Origin: Haplodiscus bocki
Taxonomy: Eukaryota
Assembly (NCBI GenBank): GCA_965655095.1
Contig: OZ296649.1
Span: 148,924,001-148,988,000, forward strand
Direction: 5' to 3'
Length of the DNA: 64,000 nt
Each line of letters begins with the position of its first letter. Positions within the stretch are counted from its first letter, which is position 1. Below the pieces are notes generated by a model. The model had not been told where the DNA came from. It did not search any database and worked only from the letters and a program-made list of their open reading frames with translations. Below are positions 50,511 through 62,800 of this stretch, one piece after another. Both the position numbers and the translations under genes were made by a program.

Positions 50511-52996
50511 GGATTATTAAAGGTAGCACTTCCACGAGGAGTGCAAGTAGATGGATCAAAATTGAATTTTAGGCTTGAAAAAAACGAGGCAGGTGAGGTT
50601 CTACATGTTATATCTGGGCAGAAAAGTGGAATGGGATGAACATATATTCTTTTAAAACAAACGCGAATGGAGAACTGAATTTCTAAATTGGGTTCATAAA
50701 GGATAGCAATTTCCTCAGTCTTTTTTGCGGGACTAAGACTTAAAGAGCGATTTATATTAACAATGCCATCGGATTCAAGAGTGTTATCAAGACCAAATCC
50801 AGTAGAAAGAAAAATAAAGGACTGTGCGTTTTGATGGGTATTTCAAAAGCTCTGGAGAGAAGGAGGTAATTCATGTGATGAATTTAAACTGAAACATTGA
50901 ATGTGACGTTCGACACAAGTAGTCGTATCCAAAGATGTATGCTCAAGAGATGTAGGACTAAATAAATTATGGATTGGACTAGGAGAAAGGTCAGTAGTTG
51001 ACAATGATGCAAAATTTAAATTACGAGACGGGTTAGTATTGGGTAAAGAAGGTGAACGAGAGTTAAGAGGTGTATTAGGTTGGCGAGGAGTGGAATGAAC
51101 ATATTTGGTGAGTTTGTTAGTTGTGTTAAATTACTTGGAGACATTACAAATATAGTTCCTCTGATAAGGGAAAAAGTACGAAAAAAATTAGTACTTCCAG
51201 TAATATTGAAATCATCGTCAGATAAAGTTATGGCATCATAAGAAAGGATTATGGTATCGTTAAATTCGTTTCCTGGGAGAATATCGGGGAGTGGTCTACT
51301 TGGTAAAATATTCTGGTTACGATATGGTGAAGCAATTTTTGAAAAGATTAAAAAAACTACCTATGTGAGATGGAACGTGAAGAAGAGGTTTGAATTTCGT
51401 TGTTTGAGGGCTGAAAGATCACAGGAGTTGAAAATTGCAGAGAGAGGTATCTATGAAATTTAAAGAGTCGGTTGACTATTTTGTACTTTTCAGTAAAATA
51501 CCGATATGGAAAGTGTTCAAAAATTAGAGAGACCAGTCATTTGAACGAAATCTAGTAACTTAGCAAAGAAGAAATGAACGGTTGAAAAGAAATGACTTTG
51601 TTAATTTTCAAATAACTGAGAATTAGAATCTTTAAATGTTCAGAAGCAGCAAGAGAGATTTTTGTTGTTCTTCAAGTATCAACAAGAGATATTTTGTTGT
51701 TTGTTAATTAGCAGCAAGAGAGCTTCTGTTGTTTGTCAAGTAGTAGCGAGAGAGCTTTTGTTGATTTTAAGTACCAGCTGAATGAGTTGAAGATAAGCGA
51801 TGAATGAAGAGAAGAAATTATTCAGCTAAACTATTTTGCAGTGGAAAAACTAACGAGTGATTGAGGACTTCGTATGATGGAATTTTTTTGGCTAGCAGCG
51901 AGTTTGACTTGGGAGGTAACATAACGTTCTAGAAAGTTGTTTTGAATTCCGAAGCGTATATCGGTTATAAAATGTCGAGGATCGAGTTCAAAGAGTATCT
52001 ATCGAAAACAACAATATTCGTACCGGTGCAATCCCAACGCTCGGTTGGTAACTCCGTCAAAAAACGATCTGATTGGTAGGCGAATTTCACAAGAGAGATA
52101 AATGTATGTTCTACGAAACTGTTTGGATTTTTGAATAGTTTATTAGTCTTTCAAAATCTCGGAGAACGAAGTCAAAACAACTACAAAATTAAAAGTTTAT
52201 ATTGTTTTGATATGCGGTGTAGTTATGAACAGACAAAGACGGCGAGTTGTTCGGGATTGAGAATATACGGAAGTTTGGGAAGATGTTGCGCCTAGTTGAG
52301 GCGCTGTTGGTGTTATGGTATCAGTTTGATTGGTATTTGCTTGATCATTCAGCGTAGTGGGCGGTTGTTGAGATTTAGCAAAGATTAATGGAGACGAAGT
52401 GTCGTCATCAGGGGAATTTATCGAGGTTTGGTGCCTGTCAGTCGAAAAGAAATCTGGTGTAGTCTCGTTGCCAGAATCTTCTAGCGAATCGCAAGGTTAT
52501 CGCTCGGGTGCACATATTTCACCGGCCGGGTTAAAGGAGGATATGGTTATATGTGGCTTGAAAAAAAAACGTTTTATATTGTTGAAAAAGTTTTTCTATA
52601 TGGAGGACAACGGGACAAAAGGGGATCAAATGGTTTCGGTGTGCGAACAAAACATTTCCTTGATGTGACAGTAACTGATATTTCACATTTTACTCGACGC
52701 ATTGTATTTGTAGAACCGTCTGGAATCCATGATTATTATGGTGATTGAGGCCTGTAGACCCATACACCATAAAAATCTTGATCCAATGGGGTGGCTGGCA
52801 TGGAACTTTGAACACGAATGAGATAATTTTACTGTCCTAAATCAGTTAAGAAAACAATAGTTTGAGGAGATTCCATAGTTCGGTTAGATCGTGGACCGGA
52901 AAGTTCCAAGAGAAAGCTGACATGACTCTGACAGCCAGTCTTAGTAACAGCATGATACCTAACCAGTGTGCTCGGATAGTAACTTTGTCGATCATG

Positions 52997-53332
52997 TTAT
53001 TGGTTAGTCTTAGTATTGTAGACATAAATTTTAGTTGTTTTTGTACATGAGAGGGAACATTGGTAAGCTAAGACAGTAGTTGCCTTAGCTCTGATAAACA
53101 AATCAACGCACGGTTTATTGTAGGCAACGTCATGTGGATTTGTACTACAATCATCAAGTCGATTAAGGTTAAACCGGCGTACGTTAAGACGTTCTCGACA
53201 ATAATAATGAATTGCCAATATGTTGTTAATTTGGTCTTGATTGACAGTGTGAGTTTGATCTTCAAGAGGTTCGTCGTTCAGGAGAGGGAACTGGAGAGCT
53301 AAGAAGAGCTGGAGTATGATAATATTGAACAT
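52997..53332 (-). CDS. 111-aa ATG-initiated truncated Env-like ORF with signal peptide (copy 19)
   Basis: ORF track; the protein is identical to that of copy 18. Confidence 0.4.
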   Translation of the reverse strand: MFNIIILQLFLALQFPLLNDEPLEDQTHTVNQDQINNILAIHYYCRERLNVRRFNLNRLDDCSTNPHDVAYNKPCVDLFIRAKATTVLAYQCSLSCTKTTKIYVYNTKTNQ

Positions 53333-55235
53333 GGATTATTAAAGGTAGCACTTCCACGAGGAGTGCAAGTAGATGGATCAAAATTGAATTTTAGGCTTGA
53401 AAAAAACGAGGCAGGTGAGGTTCTATATGTTATATCTGGGCAGAAAAGTGGAATGGAATGAACATATATTCTTTTAAAACAAACGCAAATGGAGAACAGA
53501 ATTTCTAAATTGGGTTTATAAAGGATGGCAATTTCCTTAGTTTTTTTTGCGGGACTAAGACTTAAAGACCGATTTATATTAACAATGCCATCGGATTCAA
53601 GAGTGTTATCAAGATCAAATCCAGTAGAAAGAAAAATAAAGGACTGTGCGTTTTGATGGGTATTTCAAAAGCTCTGGAGAGAAGGAGGTAATTCATGTGA
53701 TGAATTTAAACTGAAACATTGAATGTGACGTTCGACACAAGTAGTCGTATCCAAAGATGTATGCTCAAGAGATGTAGGACTAATTAAATTATGGATTGGA
53801 CTAGGAGAAAGGTCAGTAGTTGACAATGATGCAAAATTTAAATTACGAGACGGGTTAGTATTGGGTAAAGAAGGTGAACGAGAGTTAAGAGGTGTATTAG
53901 GTTGGCGAGGAGTGGAATGAACATATTTGGTGAGTTTGTTAGTTGTGTTAAATTACTTGGAGACATTACAAATATAGTTCCTCTGATAAGGGAAAAAGTA
54001 CGAAAAAAATTAGTACTTCCAGTAATATTGAAATCATCGTCAGATAAAGTTATGGCATCATAAGAAAGGATTATGGTATCGTTAAATTCGTTACCTGGGA
54101 GAATATCGGGGAGTGGTCTACTTGGTAAAATATTCTGGTTACGATATGGTGAAGCAATTTTTGAAAAGATTAAAAAACTACCTATGTGAGATGAAACGTG
54201 AAGAAGAGGTTTGAATTTCGTTGTTTGAGGGCTGAAAGATCACAGGAGTTGAAAATTGCAGAGAGAGGTATCTATGAAATTTAAAGAGTCGGTTGACTAT
54301 TTTGTACTTTTCAGTAAAATACCGATATGGAAAGTGTTCAAAAATTAGAGAGACCAGTTATTTGAACGAAATCTAGTAACGTAGCAAACAAGAAATGAAC
54401 GGTTGAAGAGAAATGACTTCAATTTTCAAATAACTGAAAATTAGAATCTTTAAATGTTCAGAAGCAGCAAGAGAGATTTTTGTTGTTCGTCAAGTATCAA
54501 CAAGAGATATTTTGTTGTTTGTTAATTAGCAGCAAGAGAGCTTCTGTTGTTTGTCAAGTAGTAGCAAGAGAGCTTTTGTTGATTTTAAGTACCAGCTGAA
54601 TGAGTTGAAGATAAGCGATGAATGAAGAGAAGAAATTATTCAGCTAAACTATTTTGCAGTGGAAAAACTAAGGAGTGATTGAGGACTTCGTATCATGGAA
54701 TTTTTTTGGCTAGCAGCGAGTTTGACTTGGGAGGTAACATAACGTTCTAGAAAGTTGTTTTGAATTCCGAAGCGTATATCGATTATAAAATGTCGAGGAT
54801 CGAGTTCAAAGAGTATCTATCGAAAACAACAATATTCGTACCGGTGCAATCCCAACGCTCGGTTGGTAACTCCGTCAAAAAACGATCTGATTGGTAGGCG
54901 AATTTCACAAGAGAGATAAATGTATGTTCTACGAAACCGTTTGGATTTTTGAATAGTTTATTAGTCTTTCAAAATCTCGGAGAACGAAGTCAAAACAACT
55001 ACAAAATTAAAAGTTTAAATTGTTTTGATATGCGGTGTAGTTATGAACAGACAAAGACGGCGAGTTGTTCGGGATTGAGAATATACGGAAGTTTGGGAAG
55101 ATGTTGCGCCTAGCTGAGGCGCTGTTGGTGTTATGGTATCAGTTTGATTGGTATTTGCTTGATCATTCAGCGTAGTGGGCGGTTGTTGAGAATTATCAAA
55201 GATTAATGGAGACGAAGTGTCGTCATCAGGGGAAT

Positions 55236-55502
55236 TTATCGAGGTTTGGTGCCTGTCAGTCGAAAAAAACCTGGTGTAGTCTCGTTGCCAGAATTTTCTA
55301 GCGAATCGTAAGGTAATCGCTCGGGTGCATATAATTCACCGGCCGGGTTAAACGAGGATATGGTTATATGTGGCTGAAAAGAAACCGTTTTATATTGTTG
55401 AAAAAGTTTTTCTATATGGAGGACAGCGGGATAAAAGGGGATCAAATGGTTTCGGTGTGCGAACAAAACATTTCCTTGATGTGGCAGTATCTGATATTTC
55501 AC
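55236..55502 (-). pseudogene. Best-preserved 5' part of the integrase tail (copy 19)
   Basis: The ORF track reads KYQILPHQGNVLFAHRNHLIPFYPAVLHIEKLFQQYK...SGNETTPGFF without the internal stop found in copies 1-17. Confidence 0.7.
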
Positions 55503-56899
55503 ATTTTACTCGACGCATTGTATTTGTAGAACCGTCTGGAATCCATGATTATTATTGTGATTGAGGGCTGTAGACCCATACACCATAAAAATCTTGATCC
55601 AATGGGGTGGCTTGCATGGAACTTTGAATACGAATGAGATAATTTTGCTGTCCTAAATCAGTTAAGAAAACAATAGTTTGAGGAGATTCCATGGTTCGGT
55701 TAGATCGTGGACCGGATATTCCAAGAGAAAGCAGACATGACTCTGACAGCCAGTCTTAGTAACAGCATGATACCTAACCAGTGTGCTCGGATAGTAACTT
55801 TGTCGATCATGTCATTGGTTAGTCTTAGTATTGTAGACATAATTTTAGTTGTTTTTGTATATGAGAGGGAACATTGGTAAGCTAAGACAGTAGTTGCCTT
55901 AGCTCTGATAAACAAATCAACACGTGGTTTACTGTAGGCAACGTCATGTGGATTTGTACTACATTCATCAAGTCGATTAAGGTTAAACCGGCGTACGTTA
56001 AGACGTTCTCGACAATAATAATGAATTACCAATATGTTGTTAATTTGGTCTTGAATGACAGTGTGAGTTTGATCTTCAAGTAGATGGATCAAAATTGAAT
56101 TTTAGGCTTGAAAAAAAACGAGGCAGGTGAGGTTCTATATGTTATATCTGGGCAGAAAAGTGGAATGGGATGAACATATATTCTTTTAAAACAAACGCGA
56201 ATGGAGAACAGAATTTCTAAATTGGGTTTATAAAGGATGGCAATTTCCTTAGTCTTTTTTGCGGAACTAAGACTTAAAGAGCGATTTAAATTGACAATGC
56301 CATCGGATTCAAGAGTGTTATCAAGATAAAATCCAGTAGAAAGAAAATTTAAGGACTGTGCGTTTTGATGGGTATTTCAAAAGCTCTGGAGAGAGAGAGG
56401 TAAGTCATGTGATGAATTTAAACTGAAACATTGAATGTGACGTTCGATACAAGTAGTCGTATCCAAAGATGTATGCTCGAGAGATGTAGGACTAATTAAA
56501 TTATGGACTGAACGAGGAGAAAGGTCAGTAGTTGACATTAATGCAATATTTAAATTACGAGACGGGTTAGTTTTGGGTGTAGAAGGTGAACGAGAGTTAA
56601 GAGGTGTATTAGGTTGGCGAGGAGTGGAATGAACATATTTGGTGAGTTTGTTAGTTGTGTTAAATTACTTGGAGACATTACAATTATAGTTCCTCTGATA
56701 AGGGAAAAAGTAAGAAAACATTTAGTACTTCCAGTAATATTGAAATCATCGTCAGATAAAGTTATGGCATCATAAGAAAGGATTATGGTATCGTTAAATT
56801 CGTTTCCTGGGAGAATATCGGGGAGTGGTCTACTTGGTAAAATATTCTGGTTAAGATCTGGTGAAGCAATTTTTGAAAAGATTGAAAAAACTACCTATG

Positions 56900-59800
56900 T
56901 GAGATGAAACGTGAAGAAGAGGTTTGAATTTCGTTGTTTGAGGGCTGATAGATCACAGGAGTTGAAAATTGCAGAGAGTGGTATCTATGAAATTTGAAGA
57001 GTCGGTTGACTATTTTGTACTTTTCATAAAATACCAATATGGAAAGTGTTCAAAAATTAGAGAGACCAGTTATTTGAACGAAATCTAGTAACTTAGCAAA
57101 GAAGAAATGAACGGTTGAAGAGAAATGACTTTGTTAATTTTCAAATAACTGAGAATTAGAATCTTTAAATGTTCAGAAGCAGCAAGAGAGATTTTTGTTG
57201 TTCTTCAAGTATCAACAAGCGATATTCTGTTGTTTGTTGAACAGCAGCAAGAGAGCTTCTGTTGTTTGTCAAGTAGTAGCAAGAGAGCTTTTGTTGATTT
57301 TAAGTACCAGCTGAATGAGTCGAAGATCAGCGATGAATGAAGAGAAGAAATTATCCAGCTAAACTATTTTGCAGTGGAAAATGTAATGATTGGTTGAGGA
57401 CTTCGTATCATGGAATTTGTTGGCTAGCAGCGAGTTTGACTTGGGAGGTAACTTAACGTTCTAGAAAGTTGTTTTGAATTCCAAACCGTAAATTAGTTAA
57501 AAAATGTCGAGGATCGAGTTCAAAGAGTATCTATCGAAATCAATAGAAATCGTACCGGTGCAATCCCAACGCTCGGTTGGTAACTCCGTCAAAAAACGAT
57601 CTGATTGGTAGTCGAGTTTCACAAGAGGGATAAATGTATGTTCTACGAAACTGTTTGGATTTTTGAATAGTTTATTAGTCTTTCAAAAGGTCGGAGAACG
57701 AATTCAAAACATCTACCGAATTGAAATATTAATTTGTTTTGACATGCGGTGTGGTTTTGAATAAACAGAGGGATTATTTGGAAGGATAATATTTCTGAAA
57801 AGCAGAGCCTGCTCAAACTGATTTGAGCTATTTTTATCAGGAGTGAAAATGAATTTTAGATGGAGGTATATGGGTGCCGTAGTCGTTGAAAGGTTGTCGT
57901 CGAAGACGGCAAGTTGTTCGGGATTGAGAAAATACGGAAGATTGGGAACATGTGGCGCCTAGTGGAGGCAGTGTTGGTGTTATGTTATCAGTTTGATTGG
58001 TATTTGCTTGATCATTCAGCGTAGTGGGCGGTTGTTGAGAATTATCAAAGATTAATGTAGACGAAGTGTCGTCCTCGGGGAAGTTATCGAGGTGTGGTGC
58101 CTGTCAGTTAAAAAGAAATCTGGTGTAGTCTCGTTGGCAGATACTTCTAGCGAAACGTAAGGTAATCGCGCGGGTGAATATATTTCATCGGCCGGGTTAA
58201 ACGAGGATATGGTTATAAGTGGCTTAAAAGAAACCGTTTTATATTGTTGAAAAGGTTTTTCTAAATGGGGGACAACGGGACAAAATGGTTTCGGTGTGCG
58301 AACAAAACATTTGCTTGATGTGACAGTAATTCATATTTCACATTTTATTCGACGCATTGTATTTGTAGCACCGTCTGGAATCCATCACTTATAATGTGAT
58401 TGAGGGCTGTAGACCCATACACCATGATAATCTTCATCCAACGCTGTAGCTTGCATGGGACCTTGAATACAAAGGAGATTATTTTGTTGTCCTAAAACAG
58501 TTAAGAAAGCAATAGGTTGAGGAGATTCCATGGTTCGGTTAGATCGTGACCGGAAAGTTCCATGAGAAAGCGGACATGACTCTGACAGGCATTCCTAGTA
58601 ACAGCATGATACGTAACCATTGTGCTCGGATAGTAACTTTGTCGATCATGTTAATGGTTAGTCTTAGTATTGTATACATAAAGTTTAGTTGTTTTTGTAT
58701 ATGAGAGGGAACATTGGTAAGCTAAGACAGTAGTTTTTTAACTCTGATAAACAAATCAACACCTGCTTTATTGTTGGCAAGTCAGGTGGATTTGTATTAC
58801 AATCATCAACTAGATTAAGTTTAAGCCGGCGGCGTACGTTAAAAGTTCTCGACAATGATCATGAATTGCCAAAAAGTCGTTAATTTGGTCTTGATTGACA
58901 GTGTGAGTTTGATCTTCAAGAGGTTCGCCGTTGAGGAGAGAGAGAATGTGAGGGAACTGGAGAGCTAAGAAGAGCTGGAGTATGACAATTTTGAGCAAGG
59001 ATTATAAAAGGTAGCAGTTCCACGAGGACTGCAAGTAGATGGATCAAAATCAAATTTCAGGCTTGAACAAACGAGGCAGGTGAGGTTCTATAGGTTATAC
59101 CTGGGCAGAAAAGTGGAACGGCACGAACATATAATCTTTCAAAACAAACGCGTATGGAGAACTGAATTTCTAAATTGGGTTTATAAAGGATGGCAATTTC
59201 CTTAGTCTTCTTTGCGGGACTAAGACTTAAAGAGCGATTTATATTAACAATGCCATCGGATTCAAGAGTGTTATCAAAACAAAATCCAGTAGAAAGAAAA
59301 TTAAAGGACTGTGCGTTTTGATGGGTATTTCAAAAGTTCTGGAGAGAGGGTGTAATTCAGGCGATGAATTAAACTGAAACATTGAATGTGACGTTCGACA
59401 CAGGGAGTCCTATCTAAAGATGTATGCTCAAAAGCTGTAGGGCTAATTAAATTATGGATTGGACGAGGAGAAAGGTCAGTAGTTGACAGCAACGCAATAT
59501 TTATATTCCGAAACGGGTTAGTTTTGGGTGTAGAAGGTGAACGAGATTTAAGAGCTGTATTAGATTGGCGAGGAGTGGAATGATTATATTTGGTGAGTTT
59601 GTTAGTTGTGTACTTGGAGACATTACAATTATAGTTCCTCTGATAAGGGAAAAAGTACGAAAAAATTTAGTACTTCCAGTAATATTGAAATCATCGTCAG
59701 ATAAAGTTATGGCATCATAAGAAAGGATTATGGTATCGTTAAATTCGTTTCCTGGGAGAATATCGGGGAGTGGTCTATTTGGTAAAAAATTCTGGTTAAG

Positions 59801-62800
59801 ATATGGTGAAGCAATTTTTGAAAAGAATAAAAAAGTACCTTTGTGAGATGAAACGTGAAGAAGAGGTTTGAATTTCGTTGTTCGAAGGCTGAAAGAACAC
59901 AGGAGTTGAAAAATGCAGAGAGTGGTAACTATGAAAAATTAGAGAGTCGGTTGACTATTTTGTACTTTTCAGTAAAATACCGATATGGAAAGTGTTCAAA
60001 AATTAGAGAGACCAGTTATTTGAACGAAATCTAGTAACGTAGCAAACAAGAAATGAACGGTTGAAGAGAAATGACTTCAATTTTCAAATAACTGAAAATT
60101 AGAATCTTTAAATGTTCAGAAGCAGCAAGAGAGATTTTTGTTGTTCGTCAAGTATCAACAAGAGATATTTTGTTGTTTGTTAAATAGCAGCAAGAGAGCT
60201 TCTGTTGTTTGTCAAGTAGTAGCAAGAGAGCTTTTGTTGATTTTAAGTACTAGCTGAATGAGTCGAAGATCAGCAATGAATGAAGAGAAGAAAATATTCA
60301 GTTAAACTATTTTGCAGTGGAAAATGTAATGATTGGTTGAGGACTTCGTATCATGGAATTTGTTGGCTAGCAGCGAGTTTGACTTGGGAGGTAAACTAAC
60401 GTTCTAGAAAGTTGTTTTGAATTCCGAAGCGTAAATTGGTTAAAAAATGTCGAGGATCGAGTTCAAAGAGTATCTATCGAAATCAACAAAATTCGTACCG
60501 GTGCAATCCCAATGCTCGGTTGGTAACTCCGTCAAAAAACGATCTGATTGGTAGGCGAGTTTCACAAGAGAGATAAATGTATGTTCTACGAAACTGTTTG
60601 GATTTTTGAATAGTTTATTAGTCTTTCAAAAGGTCGGAGAACGATTTCAAAAAATCTACCGAATTGAAAAATTAATTCGTTTTGACATGCGGTGTGGTTT
60701 TGAATAGACAGAGGGATTATTTGGAAGGATAATATTTCTGAAAAGCAGAGCCTGCTTAAACTGATTTGAGCTATTTTTATCAGGAGTGAAAATAAATTTT
60801 AGATGGAGGTATATGAGTGCCGTAGTCTTTGAAATGTTGTCGTCGAAGACGGCAAGTTGTTCGGGATTGAGATAATACGGAAGATTGGGAAGATGTGGCG
60901 CCTAGTGGAGGCACTGTTGGTGTTATGTTATCAGTTTGATTGGTATTTGCTTGATCATTCAGCGTATTGGGCGGTTGTTGAGAATTATCAAAGATTAATG
61001 TAGACGAAGTGTCGTCCTCGGGGAAGTTATCGAGGTGTGGTGCCTGTCAGTTAAAAAGAAATCTGGTGTAGTCTCGTTGGCAGATACTTCTAGCGAAACG
61101 TAAGATGATCGCTCGGGTGAATATATTTCACCGGCCGGGTTAAACGAGGATATGGTTATAAGTGGCTTAAAAGAAACCGTTTTATATTGTTGAAAAAGTT
61201 TTTCTAAATGGGGGACAACGGGATAAAATGGTTTCGGTGTGCGAACAAAGCATTTGCTTGATGTGACAGTAACTCATATTTCACATTTTATTCGACGCAT
61301 TGTATTTGTAGCACCGTCTGGAATCCATCACTTATAATGTGATTGAGGGCTGTAGACCCATACACCATGAGAATCTTAATCCAACGCTGTAGCTTGCATG
61401 GGACCTTGAATGCAAAGGAGATTATTTTGTTGTCCTAAAACAGTTAAGAAAGCAATAGGTTGAGGAGATTCCATGGTTCGGTTAGATCGTGATCGGAAAA
61501 TTCCATGAGAAAGCGGACATGACTCTGACAGGCATTCCTAGTAACAGCATGATACGTAACCATTGTGCTCAGATAGTAACTTTGTCGATCATTTTATTGG
61601 TTAGTCTTAGTATTGTAGACATAAATTTTAGTTGTTTTTGTATATGAGAGGGAACATTGGTAAGCTAAGACAGTAGTTGCCTTAGCTCTGATAAACAAAT
61701 CAACACGTGGTTTATTGTAGGCAGCGTCATGTGGATTTGTACTACAATCATCAAGTCGATTAAGGTTAAACCGGCGTACGTTGAGACGTTCTCGACAAAA
61801 ATAATGAATTGCCAATATGTTGTTTATTTCGTCTTGATTGACAGTGTGAGTTTGATCTTCAAGAGGTTCGTCGTTGAGGAGAGAGAGAATGTGAGGGAAC
61901 TGGAGAGCTAAGAAGAGCTGGAGTATGACAATTTTGAGCAAGGATTATGAAAGGTAGCAGTTCCACGAGGACTGCAAGTAGATGGATCAAAATCAAATTT
62001 CAGGCTTGAACAAACGAGGCAGGTGAGGTTCTATAGGTTATACCTGGGCAGAAAAGTGGAACGGCACGAACATATAAACTTTCAAAACAAACGCGTATGG
62101 AGAACTGAATTTCTAAATTGGGTTTATAAAGGATGGCAATTTCCTTAGTCTTCTTTGCGGGACTAAGACTTAAAGAGCGATTTATATTAACAATGCCATC
62201 GGATTCAAGAGTGTTATCAAAACAAAATCCAGTAGAAAGAAAATTAAAGGACTGTGCGTTTTGATGGGTATTTCAAAAGTTCTGGAGAGAGGGTGTAATT
62301 CAGGCGATGAATTAAACTGAAACATTGAATGTGACGTTCGACACAGGGAGTCCTATCTAAAGATGTATGCTCAAAAGCTGTAGGGCTAATTAAATTATGG
62401 ATTGGACGAGGAGAAAGGTCAGTAGTTGACAGCAACGCAATATTTATATTCCGAAACGGGTTAGTTTTGGGTGTAGAAGGTGAACGAGATTTAAGAGCTG
62501 TATTAGATTGGCGAGGAGTGGAATGATTATATTTGGTGAGTTTGTTAGTTGTGTACTTGGAGACATTACAATTATAGTTCCTCTGATAAGGGAAAAAGTA
62601 CGAAAAAATTTAGTACTTCCAGTAATATTGAAATCATTGTCAGATAAAGTTATGGCATCATAAGAAAGGATTATGGTATCGTTAAATTCGTTTCCTGGGA
62701 GAATATCGGGGAGTGGTCTATTTGGTAAAAAATTCTGGTTAAGATATGGTGAAGCAATTTTTGAAAAGAATAAAAAAGTACCTTTGTGAGATGAAACGTG

